A stretch of DNA of 64,000 bases, from contig CAWEJM010000010.1 in assembly GCA_963809395.1 (NCBI GenBank), forward strand, positions 117,776-181,775, in the 5' to 3' direction. The first letter of the stretch is position 1. Every line of letters starts with the position of its first letter. The stretch is from an uncultured Actinomycetes bacterium (GTDB taxonomy: Bacteria > Actinomycetota > Thermoleophilia > RBG-16-64-13). The notes under the pieces were generated by a model that did no database searches, was not told the origin of the DNA, and worked only from the letters and a program-made list of their open reading frames with translations. Both the position numbers and the translations under genes were made by a program. This document shows positions 47,199-58,104 of the stretch, piece by piece.

Positions 47199-48537
47199 GT
47201 GGTCTCCAGGTCTTCAAGCTGCTCCCAAAGACCAACTGTAAGGACTGTGGCTACCCCACCTGCATGGCGTTCGCGCTGCAGCTTGCCGCGGGAAAGACGA
47301 CGCTATCGGCGTGTCCGCACTTGGCTCCTGACGGTACTGGCCACCTTGGCCGATGTAGCCACGGCCGCTGTTCGTCGAGTGGAGATCGGACCGGCGGAAG
47401 ACCGGACGATCGTGGGGGAGGAGACGGTTCTCTACCGGCACGAGAAGCGCTTCGAGCACGCTCCGGCGCTGGCGGTGCTGGTCGACGACTCTCTTGACGA
47501 TGAGGGGTTCGCGGGATCTGATCGAGGACTTCCGCCACCAGCGGTTCGAACGGGTGGGGGAGATTCTGCGGCCGCGCCTGCTGGCGGTCGGATCGGCCGA
47601 CACAGATCGTCTTAAGTCCAGAGTGCGGACGGCCGCGGAACGGACTCGCGCCGGGATCGTGATCGTCAGCGACGACCCCGAGGCCCTCCTGGCGGCGGGC
47701 GAACCCATCAAGGAGTCGCGACCGCTTTTGTGTGGCGCCGGTCCCGCCACTTTCGACCGGGTCGCGGAAGTGGCGAGGACTCTTGACGTGCCCTTCGTGC
47801 TACGGGGGCAGAACCTGGAAGAGTTGGCCGACCTCGGCCGGCGGGCCCTGGACGCGGGTTTCGAACAGGTGGTGCTGGAGCCGGTGGTGCAGACGGCCGG
47901 TGATGCCCTGCAGGCGCATGTGTTCGTGCGCCGGGCCGCGGTCCGCGACAAGATCAAAGCACTTGGGTTCCCGACTATCGCCTTCCCCTGCCGGCTCACC
48001 GACGATCCCTTGCTTCAGACGGTGCTGGCCTCTGCCCTGATTGCGAAATACGCGGGCATCGTGGTCGTAGACACCATTGACCCCGCTCATAATCTACCCC
48101 TCCTCGCGCTTGCCCAAGGTCTCTTCACCGACCCGCAGAAGCCCATGATGGTGGATGCAGGCATCTATCCGGTCGGTGTACCGGGGCCGGAAAGCCCGGT
48201 GTTGCTCACCACCAACTTCTCTCTGACCTACTACACGGTGGTGGGCGAGGTGGAGAACAGCAAGGTGCCGGCGTGGCTCCTGGTGATGGACGTGGAGGGA
48301 CAGTCGGTGCTCACCGCCTGGGCGGCGGGCAAGTTCGTGGCCGACGCCATCGCCCCGTTCGTCAAGAAGTCGGGCATCGAGGACAAGGTGGGACACCGGA
48401 GGTTGATCATCCCCGGCTGCGTGGCCGGCATTCGGGCCGAGCTTGAGGCTGAGCTGGGCGACTGGGAAGTGTCCGTGGGGGTGCGGGAGGCTGCCGATAT
48501 CCCACGCTACCTGCGCGCGCTTCTGAGCGCTCGGTAG
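47189..48537 (+). CDS. acsC: corrinoid iron-sulfur protein large subunit (gamma, AcsC/CdhE)
   Basis: N-terminal [4Fe-4S] motif VALSGLQVFKLLPKTNCKDCGYPTCMAFALQLAAGKTTLSACPHL, TIM-barrel and C-terminal B12-binding Rossmann domain (ORF 47494..48537); at least two frameshifts 47330-47520. Confidence 0.8.
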
Positions 48538-48542
48538 GCCGG

Positions 48543-49491
48543 GTGCCGAGGATGCACGGAGAGGGAGTGGCCGGCGGCGCGGCCGTGATGAGCAGGCGAG
48601 CCGGGCAGGCCGAGGGACCGGGCCGGAAGCCGGAATGGCTCAAGAAACCGCTGCCCGACTCAGGCGCCCTGCGAAGGATGGAGACCATGCTGCGCGACAG
48701 GCGTCTCCACACGGTGTGCGAGAGTGCGCTGTGCCCGAATCTCGGTGAGTGCTTTGCCCGCGGCACGGCGACGTTTCTCATTATGGGCGACGTGTGCACC
48801 CGGGACTGTGGGTTCTGCGGCGTAGCCAGCGGCCGGCCGCTCAGCTTGGAGGCGGACGAGCCCCAGAATGTGGCTGAGGCGGTGGCTCGTCTGCGACTCC
48901 AGCACGTGGTGGTGACGTCGGTCACCCGGGACGATCTCGGCGATGGAGGGGCTGGCCACTATGTGGCCACCATGCGGGCCATTCGGTTCCGGGCGCCGGA
49001 GGTGACGGTGGAGGTGCTCGTTCCCGACTTTGCCGGTAGAATGGAGGACCTTGACCTAGTGCTGGATGAGGCTCCCGAGGTCTTCAACCACAATGTCGAG
49101 ACCGTCCCGCGTCTGTACAAGACCGTGCGGCCGCAGGCGGTGTACGAGCGTTCCTTGGCGGTGCTGCGGCGCGCCGCCGAGAGGAATCTGAGTCTGGTCA
49201 AGACCGGCTGGATGGTCGGACTGGGGGAGACCGAGGACGAAGTCAAGGCCCTGCTCGGAGAAGTGGCCGAGGTCGGGGTCGACATGGTCACCATCGGGCA
49301 GTATCTGCGGCCGTCTGGGCGGCACCTGCCGGTGACCGAGTACGTGCGACCGGAGGTGTTCGTCAGCTACCGGCTGTGGGGCGAAGCTCTCGGCCTGCAG
49401 GTGCACGCGGCCCCGTTCGTGCGCAGTTCCTTCCAGGCCGGCGAGAGCTTCGCCCGAGCCAAGACGCGTGGTGGGAAGGAAGAGCGAGTGA
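48543..49491 (+). CDS. lipA: lipoyl synthase
   Basis: KPEWLK, CxxxxC plus radical-SAM CTRDCGFC cluster motifs, NHNVETVPRLY, GLGET; probable stop TGA at 49489-49491 in adjacent frame. Confidence 0.8.
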
Positions 49492-50291
49492 TTCGTCGTA
49501 GCCGAGAACATCAACGTCATGAGAGCGGCCGTAGGCGCCGCGCTCAAGGCGCTGGACAAAGGCTCCCATCCAAGATCTGGCCAGGCGGTCGGTGGCGGCT
49601 GGGGCCGATGTCCTGGACGTGAATGTGGGGCCCGCCCGCAAGGACGGTGAGAGATCTCATGACTTTCGTCATCGAGGCTCTGGCCGAAGTGGTGAGTTGC
49701 CAGCTCTGTCTGGACACCACGAACGCCGCGGCCATGGAAGCGGGGATCATCCGCTGCCAAGAGCTGGGCCTGCCCCGGCCCATCGTCAATTCGTTTTCCC
49801 TGCAGCCGGACAAGCTGGAGCAGATCCTGCCGCTGGCCGCTCGATACGGGTGCGAGATCATCGGTATGACCATGCGGGGCTCCATCCCCATCACGGCTGC
49901 CGATCGCTTGAACCTCGCCTTCGAGCTGGTCACGGCCGCCAACGAGGCCGGCATCAGCAACGACCGCATCTTCATCGACCCGGTAGTCTTGCCTCTGGGA
50001 GTCGATATGGGCCAGCGACACGCGGTCGCCGTGCAAGAGGTCGTGGCGGCGCTGCCGCAGATGTTCGATCCCCCGGTACGCAGCCTCTGTGGACTGACGA
50101 ACATCTCGAGCGGAGCCCCCAATCATCTGAGGCCGGCGATCAACAATGCCTATATGGCCATGCTCGCGGCTTTGGGCGTCGAGCGCGGTGATCGTCGACG
50201 TCCTCGATCCTGAATGCATGCGTACCGTACGTTTGGTGCGCGCGTTGAGCGACCAGTCCCTGTATTCTGTCTCGGATGCCGAGTTCCACTA
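49488..50291 (+). CDS. acsE: methyltetrahydrofolate:corrinoid/iron-sulfur protein methyltransferase (AcsE/MeTr)
   Basis: Pterin-binding fold aligning with Moorella AcsE (FVVAENINVM, ADVLDVNVGPA, CQLCLDTTNAAAMEAG, LCGLTNISSGAP); GTG start overlaps lipA stop; frameshifts at start, near 49600 and near 50190. Confidence 0.8.
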
Positions 50292-50308
50292 GCAACGGGA
50301 GGTCTAGA

Positions 50309-51136
50309 GTGTTCAGACTAGTTGAGCGCAAGGAGATGTCCGAAGGCACGGTGATCCTCAACGAGATCGAGGCGCCTTCCATTGCGCGCAAGGCTAGACC
50401 CGGTCAGTTTGTCATTCTCAAGGCCAATGAGACGGGCGAACGCATACCTTTGACCATGGCGGATACGGATCCCGATAAGGGGACGATAACCGTGGTCTAC
50501 CAGGTGGTAGGCAAGTCCACGGCTTTGTTCAAGACCCTGCAAGTGGGTGACGGCTATCAAGACGTCATCGGCCCCTTGGGCAAGCCGACCCATCTCGAAA
50601 AAGTCGGCAAAGTCGTGTGCGTGGGCGGCGGCACCGGCGTCGCGGTCTTGTACCCGATAACTCGCGGTCTCAAGGAGATCGGCAATCACGTGATCGGCAT
50701 TATCGGCGCGCGCACCAAGGATCTACTCATTCTTGAAGACGAGATGAGGGCCGCTTCGCACGAGCTCCACGTGTGCACGGACGATGGCTCCTACGGTCAT
50801 CACGGCTTCGTCACCGAAGTGCTGGAGCGAGTCCTCGGCGAAGAGGACATCAAGCTCGTCGTTGCCATCGGACCCGTTCCCATGATGAAAGCGGTATCCA
50901 AGGTTACGAAGGAACGCGGTATACCGACGATGGTCAGTCTCAATCCGATCATGATCGACGGCACCGGGATGTGCGGTGGCTGTCGCGTCTCCGTGGGTGG
51001 CGAAACGAAGTTTGCCTGTGTGGATGGTCCCGAGTTCGACGGACATCAGGTAGATTATGATGAGTTGACGCTTCGCCTGCGGGCCTATCACGAAGATGAA
51101 GAACGCTGCTACGGCGAGTTCTGCAGGAATGGGTAG
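50309..51136 (+). CDS. NfnA/SudB-like FAD and [2Fe-2S] oxidoreductase subunit (PyrK family)
   Basis: Intact ORF, GTG start VFRLVERKEM; FAD/NAD-binding ferredoxin reductase fold with C-terminal GMCGGCRV cluster motif. Confidence 0.7.
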   Translation: MFRLVERKEMSEGTVILNEIEAPSIARKARPGQFVILKANETGERIPLTMADTDPDKGTITVVYQVVGKSTALFKTLQVGDGYQDVIGPLGKPTHLEKVGKVVCVGGGTGVAVLYPITRGLKEIGNHVIGIIGARTKDLLILEDEMRAASHELHVCTDDGSYGHHGFVTEVLERVLGEEDIKLVVAIGPVPMMKAVSKVTKERGIPTMVSLNPIMIDGTGMCGGCRVSVGGETKFACVDGPEFDGHQVDYDELTLRLRAYHEDEERCYGEFCRNG

Positions 51137-51146
51137 GGAAGGTTAA

Positions 51147-52573
51147 GATGTCGGAAGAAGCGACCAAGAAAGCGGCAAGAGAGCACATCGCACGGCATGC
51201 GATGCCGCAACAAGATCCCGACGGCGAGGGCCAAGAACTTCGATGAGGTTCCGCTTGGCTACAGCGCCGGAGACGGCCATGGAAGAGGCGGAAAGGTGTC
51301 TGCAGTGCAGAAACCCCGCCTGCGTGAGCCGGTTGCCCTGTCGGGGTGGATATCCCCGGATTCATCCGGCACATCAAGGAGGGGGAGTTCACAGAGGCGA
51401 TCAGAAACCTCTGGGGCAAGAACAGCCTGCCGGCGGTGTGCGGGCGGGTTTGTCCTCAGGAAACCCAGTGCGAAGAGAAATGCATCTTGGGCAAGAAGGG
51501 CGACCCGGTCGCGATCGGCAACCTGGAACGGTTTGCCGCCGACCAGGAAAGAGAACACGGTAGCGGCGCTTTGCCGCCCATAGCCGAGGCCAGCGGAAAG
51601 AGAGTGGCGGTCGTAGGGTCAGGGCCGGCAGGGTTGACGGTGGCCGGTGACCTGATCGCTCAAAGGTCACGAGGTGACGGTATTCGAAGCCTTCCACAAG
51701 CCCGGCGGTGTTCTCGTCTACGGTATTCCCGAATTCAGATTGCCGAAGGCCATCGTCGCCCAGGAAGTCAATTTCCTTGAGCGGCTGGGCGTGAAGCTGG
51801 TGTGCGATCAGGTGGTCGGAAGAACCATCACGGTCGATGAGCTCTTTGAGGAGGGTTACGATGCCGTGTTCATCGCCGTCGGAGCCGGGTTGCCGACTTT
51901 TCTGGACGTACCGGGCAAGAACCTCATCGGCATCTACTCCGCGAATGAGTACCTGACCCGGGCCAATCTCATGAAGGCCTACCGGTTCCCCGAGTACGAT
52001 ACCCCCATTATCCGGGGCAAGAATGTCGTCACGCTCGGGGCCGGCAACGTGGCGATGGACTCCGCCAGAACCGCCTTGCGCCTGGGGGCGAGAGCTCTCG
52101 GATCGTCTATCGGCGCTCGAGAACGGAGGTACCGGCTCGGAGCGAAGAGGTGCACCATGCCGAAGAAGAAGGGGTCGAATTCTTCTTCCTGGCCGCCCCG
52201 ACCAGATTCATCGGAAATGAACGGGGACGCGTTGTCGGCATGGAATGCAGAGAAGATGTGTCTTGGCGAACCGGACGAGTCGGGGCGTTGCCGGCCGGTT
52301 CCGATGGAAGATTCTGAGTTCGAGCTGGAGTGCGACCTGGTCATCGTCGCCGTGGGCGCCGGTGCCAATCCTTTGCTGACGAGATCCACCCCTGGGCTCG
52401 AGCTGAACAAGTGGGGTTATGTCAAGGTCGACGAGAAGACAGGCAAGACCACCAAGAAGGGCGTGTGGGCCGGTGGTGATATCGTTACCGGATCCGCCAC
52501 GGTCATACTGGCCATGGGAGCCGGCAGAGTAGCCGCCGATTCGATTCAGGATTACCTTACGTGGGGCTGGTAA
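51147..52573 (+). CDS. NfnB/SudA-like (GltD-family) NAD(P)H oxidoreductase subunit, frameshifted
   Basis: N-terminal 4Fe-4S region (ERCLQCRNPACV, IPGFIRHI, CGRVCPQETQCE), FAD/NAD(P) Rossmann domains (VAVVGSGPAGL, TLGAGNVAMD, VWAGGDIVTGSATV); at least four frameshifts. Confidence 0.7.
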
Positions 52574-52633
52574 GCTCTGTATCAAGCGTGTTATCTGTTT
52601 TGACAAGTGCCGATTTGACGCTGTGAGGAGGTC

Positions 52634-55314
52634 GTGATGCCCGTCGACGCCGAGCCGACTGGGGCGCAGCCGGTGACTCTCACCCTTAACGGGCAGGAGA
52701 TCCAGGCGCTTCCCGGCCAGACTATTCTGGAGGTGGCGCGCGATGCGGGCGTCGACATCCCCACGCTTTGCCACGATCCTCGTCTCGAACCGTACGGCGC
52801 CTGCCGCCTGTGCCTGGTTGAGGTCGAGGGGGCTCGTGGACCTCTGGCCGCCTGTGGGACCGCCATCCGCGAGGGCATGAGCATCCAGACCCACAGCGAG
52901 AAGATCCGCAAGCTGCGGAAGTTCGTGTTGGAACTGCTGCTGACCAACCACCCGCTGGATTGCCCCGTGTGCGAGGCCGCGGGCGATTGTCGCCTGCAGG
53001 ACTACGCATACGAATACCTCGTCGACATGGTGCCTTGGGGCTGGCGTGCGCCGGTGTCCGGCGATGCCGGGGACCATCCGAACGTGGCCCACTTCAGCAG
53101 CCGCTGCATCCTCTGCGGAAGATGCGTCCGCATCTGTCGGGAAGTCATGTCCATCGGGTGCTGGGGCTATCGTGAAACGGGGCTATGAGAGCGAGGTCGA
53201 CACGCCCTATCGCCTGCCGCTGCAGGAGGTGGGTTGCGTGTCGTGCGGGCAGTGCGTGAGCACCTGCCCGGTCGGATCGGTTATCGGCCAGCGGACGCCT
53301 CAGGGGGCGCGGCAGTGGCAGACAGGCAAGACTGTCACCACCTGCTCGTACTGCGCCGACGGCTGCCGGCTGGTGCTGCACAGCTATCGCGGCAAGGTGG
53401 TTCGCGTCGCCTCAGAACTCGAGAAGGGCCTCAACGCCGGCAACCTGTGCGTCAAGGGGCGCTTCGGGATGGGCTACGCCAACGCCCCCGACCGGCTCAC
53501 CCAGCCACTGGTGAGGAATGCCGAGGGACTTCTGGAAGAGGCCTCTTGGGAGGAGGCTCTCGCGCGCGTCGTCGAGAAGGCCGCGGCCGTCCGGAACGAG
53601 CGGGGCGGCCAGGCTCTTGCCGCGGTGTGCGGCACGCACTGCACCAACGAAGCTGCATATCTGCTACAGAAGCTGGTGCGCACGCTTCTCGGGTCGAACA
53701 ACATCGACGCGATCGACAGCGCCGAACAGGCGGCGTCCGACGAAGCCCTGACTGCCGCGTTCGGTCTGGCCGCGGCGACGAACTCCCGCAAGGATCTGGC
53801 CGCGGCCGATGTGATCTTGGTCATCGGCGCGAATCTCACCGAGTCCGACCCGGTGCTGGCGCTTGACGTGATCAAGGCTCTTCGTAAGGGCAAGACCGTG
53901 ATCGTGATCGACCCGCGCACGACGGAGCTGGCGCGGCGCGCGACGCTGCACCTGGCCGTGAAGCCCGGGACGGATCTTGCGGCCCTTCGCGGGATCCTGC
54001 GGCATATTGTCGACCTCGGGCCTGCAGGACGGCGAGTTCATCGGCGCGCGCACCGAGGGTTTTGCGGCCCTCCAGGCTTCGCTCGAAGGGGTGGACGTAG
54101 CGGCTGAGGCCGCCGCGTGCGGGGTGGATGCCGATGCGCTGCGGGCGGCGGCCGTGGCCTACGGCCAGGCCGCCGCCGCCGCTATCCTGTACGGCCCGGG
54201 GCTGGCAGGAGGCCTCGGGGGCTCGCTCGCGCCCAGGCAGTCGCAACCGTACGTGCCGTCGCCGACTTGGCCCTGCTCACCGGCAACGTCGGACGCCCGG
54301 GCACCGGCGTGTACCCGCTGCGCTCCGGCGCCAACTCGCAGGGACTCAGCGACATGGGAGTGCGTCCCGACCGCCTGCCTGGAGGAGCGGCTTGTCCGGA
54401 GCGCGGAGCGCCCGGCAAGACGACGGCCCAGATACTCGAGGCCGCGGAAGCCGGGGAAGTCGGTTTCCTGTATGTCGTGGGAGCCGACCCGGCGCTGGCG
54501 CTTGCCGACGAGGCCCGAGTCCGAAAGGCTCTCGAAGGAGTGGACTTCCTGGTGGTCCAAGAGAGCTTCCTCAGCGACACGGCGCGCTACGCTCGACGTG
54601 GTACTCCCGGCGGCTGTGGCCGGAGAGGACGAGGGGACTTTCACCAACGTCGAGCGCTTCGTACAGAGAGTGCGCCCGGCTGCGCCCACCCTCGGCAAGA
54701 GCCTTCCCGACTGGAAGATCATCCAGGAGATCGCGAACCGGTTGGGCGCTGACTGGTCGTACGCTACGCCGGCGGACGTCATGCGCGAGATAGCTGAGGT
54801 GGTCCCGGCCTACAGAGGCATTTCATATGTCAGGCTCGAGGACGAAGCGCTGCAGTGGCCGTGTCCCGGCGCCGAGCACCCCGGCACCCCGATCCTGCAT
54901 GCTGAGGAGTTCACGCGGGGCAAAGGGTCTTTCGCGGCGGTCGAAGGTACGCCGTCCCGGGCATCGCCGGCGACGGACGCCGACTATCCCTTCGTGCTGC
55001 TCACCGGCTCGGTGCTCGAACACCACGGAACGGGCGTGAGGTCGCGGCGTTCGCCCGGCCTGACCAAGCTGGTGGAGGAGGCTCGGTTGGAGATCAACCC
55101 GGCCGACGCCGAGCGTCTCGGCGTTGCCGACGGCGATCGCGTGAGGGTGGTCGGTCGCACCCTCGCGGCGATCGAACTGCCTGCGTGGGTCACCGGTCGC
55201 GTGCCGGCTGGAGTGGTGTTCGTGCCCGGCTTCTCACCGGCGGCGCCTGTCACTCGCCTCCTGGAGAGCGATGCGAGCGGAGTACCGATGGTGCAGGTCG
55301 AGCGCCTGGTCTAG
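52634..55314 (+). CDS. fdhA: formate dehydrogenase catalytic subunit (Mo/W-bisPGD, Cys-type, NuoG-like N-terminus), frameshifted
   Basis: N-terminal 2Fe-2S ferredoxin and 4Fe-4S domains (CHDPRLEPYGACRLCLV, HPLDCPVCEAAGDCRLQ), MopB domain with active-site Cys TTCSYCADGCRL (no in-frame TGA, so not Sec), FDH motif RSGANSQG, C-terminal MGD cap; several frameshifts across ORFs 52634, 53046, 53977, 54117. Confidence 0.8.
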
Positions 55315-57784
55315 CCTGTCGCCCCAGTCAGCGAAGCGCCCGGCGAGCCGTCCTTGTCCTTCTTGCGCCCCGCGTCGCGCGCCTTCTCGGTGAGGACGGC
55401 AAGCCGATCGACGATCAGCCGGTTGATCGATCCCTTGGGATAGACGCCCTTTGCGCCCAGCGTCCCCGCCGGGGTGCCGGTGAGGACGGTGATGCCCTCA
55501 TCGATGGTGGAGATCGGGAAGATGTGGAAGCGACCCTTGCCCACAGCATCCCGCACTCGGTCGCTCAGCATGAGGTTGCGCACGTTGGCCTTGGGGATGA
55601 GCACGCCCTCGTCGCCCTTCAGACCCAGAGCCTGGCAGACGGCGAAATACCCCTCGATCTTCTCGTTGACGCCCCCGATGGCCTGGACCTGACCCCGTTG
55701 GTTCACCGACCCGGTGACGGCAAAGCGCTGCTGGATGGGCACGCCGGAAAGGGACGACAGCAAGGAGTACAGCTCCGCGGAGGAGGCGCTGTCGCCCTCC
55801 ACTCCCGAATACGATTGTTCGAAGACCAGGCGGGCACTCAGCGACAATGGGCGGTCGGAGGCATACTTGGCTCCCAGGTAGCCGGCCAGGATCAAGACGC
55901 CTTTGGAGTGGATGGGACCTCCCATATCCACCTCGCGCTCGATGTCGATCAGCTCCCCCTCGCCCAGGCGGTGCGTGGCCGTGATCCGGCTGGGTCGGCC
56001 GAACGCGTAGTCGCCGATGGACGAGACCGAAAGACCGTTTATCTGGCCGACCACGGCGCCCCGGGTGTCGACCATGACCGTGGCGTCGGCGATCATCTCC
56101 CTGACCCGCTCTTCCACGCGGTTTGAGCGATAGATGCGCTGATCGATGGCCTTCTGCACGTGCTCCCGCTTGACCAGAGGCTTTCTCCGGCTCTGGCGGC
56201 CAAGTTGGGCCCAGTAGGAGGCTTCGCTCACGAGGTCGACCACGTCCAGGAAACGGGTGGTCATCTTGCGCTGGTCCTCGACCAGGCGAGAGCAGTGCTC
56301 GATCACGCGGGCTACGCCCTCGGGGGAGAAGGAGGCGAGATCTTTGCGGTGGCAGATGTGGCTGACGAAACGGGCATAGAGCTGCTCGTTCTCCGGGGTG
56401 CGATCGACGACCGTGTCGAAGTCGGCCTTCACCTTGAACAGTTCCTGGAAGTCGGGGTCCTGAGTGAAGAGCAGGTAGTAGATGAAGGGTTCCCCGATCA
56501 GTACGATCTTGGCTTTGAACGGGATCGGCTCCGGGTCAAGAGTGGCGGTGGTGGCAAAACCCATCTGCTGGGCGACGTCCTCCACTCGGATCTCGCCGGT
56601 CTTGAGCGTGCGCTTGAGCGCGTCCCAGGAATAGGGTTTCAGAAGGACGTCCCGGGCTTCGAGGACGAGAAAGCCGCCGTTGGCCTTGTGGAGGGCTCCC
56701 GGCTTGATCATGTTGAAGTCGGTGAACAGGGCGCCGAACTGAGCTTGATGGTCGATGCGACCCACCAGGTTCTGTAGCACGGGGTTGCTCTCGCTGACCA
56801 CCGGAGCTCCGGTCTCGGCGGAGTTGTCCACCAGAACGTTGATCCGGTACTTGCGGAACGCGCCTTCACCCTTCTGCCGAGCAGGCATGGGGATGCCCAT
56901 GAACATGACGGGAGTCTCTTCGTCCGACTTCTTGAACTCGTCGGCGTTGTCAACCACATCCCGGAGGACGGCCTCGAGGTATTCCACGATCTCGGTCACG
57001 TCGCACCATTTGTCGCACGCCTCCCGCACGAGATGCTTGGCGGCGAACGTGGTCACCTCGCGGTCGAGCTCGCGCATCGCCTCCCTGCCGGCACGCTCGT
57101 CCTGGCGGACGAGGCGCATGACCTGCTGCAGCTCATCGTTGAGGCTCTCGAGGCCCTCGTCGATGCGCTTCTGCTCCTCGGCCGGCAGAGCCTCGTAGAC
57201 CTCCCGAGACATGGTCTCGCCCTCGGCGGTCTTGGGGGCGAAAGCGAGTCCGGCTGGGGTGCGCACCATCGTGAGGCTCAAAGACTCCGCCTTCTTGCTC
57301 AGAGCCCCAAGCTTCGTCTCCTGCTTCTCGCTGACCTGTTGGGCGATCTCCCGCTTTTGCTTCTCGTATTCCTCGCCCGTCGAACGCCTGGGTGATGGCG
57401 GCCTGGAGGTCTTCGACCAGCTTCTCCATGTCCTTGCGGAACTCCTCGGCCTTTGCCGGCGGGCATGCGAATCGCGTTGGGCTGATACGGTTTGGCGAAG
57501 TTGTGTACGTAGACCCAGTCGTCCGGCGCCGGCCGAGAGGCTGCCTGCCGGGAAAGGAAATCGTGGATGGTGCTGGCCTTTCCCGTCCCGGTGGGGCCGA
57601 CCGCGAAGATGTTGTAGCCGTCGCTGTGGATACCCATTCCAAACTCTACCGAGGACACGGCTCGGGGCTGACCGATGATCTCGGTGAGCTGGGGCAGATC
57701 GGCAGTGGTCTTGAAGGCAAGGGCTGAGACGTCGCAGGCTCGGTAGATGTCGGCGGGGCCGAGCTCTGGAGGGACTCTGACCAT
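55311..57784 (-). CDS. Lon-like ATP-dependent protease (COG1067/LonB-like, S16 domain), frameshifted
   Basis: N-terminal AAA+ module (IIGQPRAVSSVEF..NIFAVGPTGTGKAS) in ORF 57299..57784; C-terminal Lon S16 domain in ORF 55311..57911; frameshifts near 57300-57640. Confidence 0.7.
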
Positions 57785-57882
57785 GTGGTCCTCCGGATCG
57801 ATGGAATGATGCGCAGATGGACTTGTTCTGCAAGGAACGGTAGCAGTCTACCCAGTCCCGTGTCGAGAAAACCACCGAATGA

Positions 57883-57971
<89 letters not shown>

Positions 57972-58029
57972 GGTGCGGGCGAGCAGCGCGTGAGTATAGG
58001 GCCCGCACATTGGGCCGTCAATAATGGGC

Positions 58030-58081
58030 TTGAAGTGGGCGAACAAGTGTTCTATAGTCTGCGCGACCGAACGAATGTTCA
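58030..58081 (+). promoter_or_regulatory. lexA promoter with two Cheo-type LexA boxes
   Basis: TTGAAG -35 (58030-58035), 17-nt spacer, TATAGT -10 (58053-58058); box 1 CGAACAAGTGTTCT (58040-58053) sits in the spacer, box 2 CGAACGAATGTTCA (58068-58081) is just downstream; both fit GAAC-N4-GTTC; lexA ATG at 58105. Confidence 0.7.
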
Positions 58082-58104
58082 CCCAGTAGCCGGAGGGGTA
58101 GGCG

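Noticed and set aside
55185-56126. 313-aa plus-strand ORF
   Set aside because: Antisense shadow of the Lon-like protease gene.
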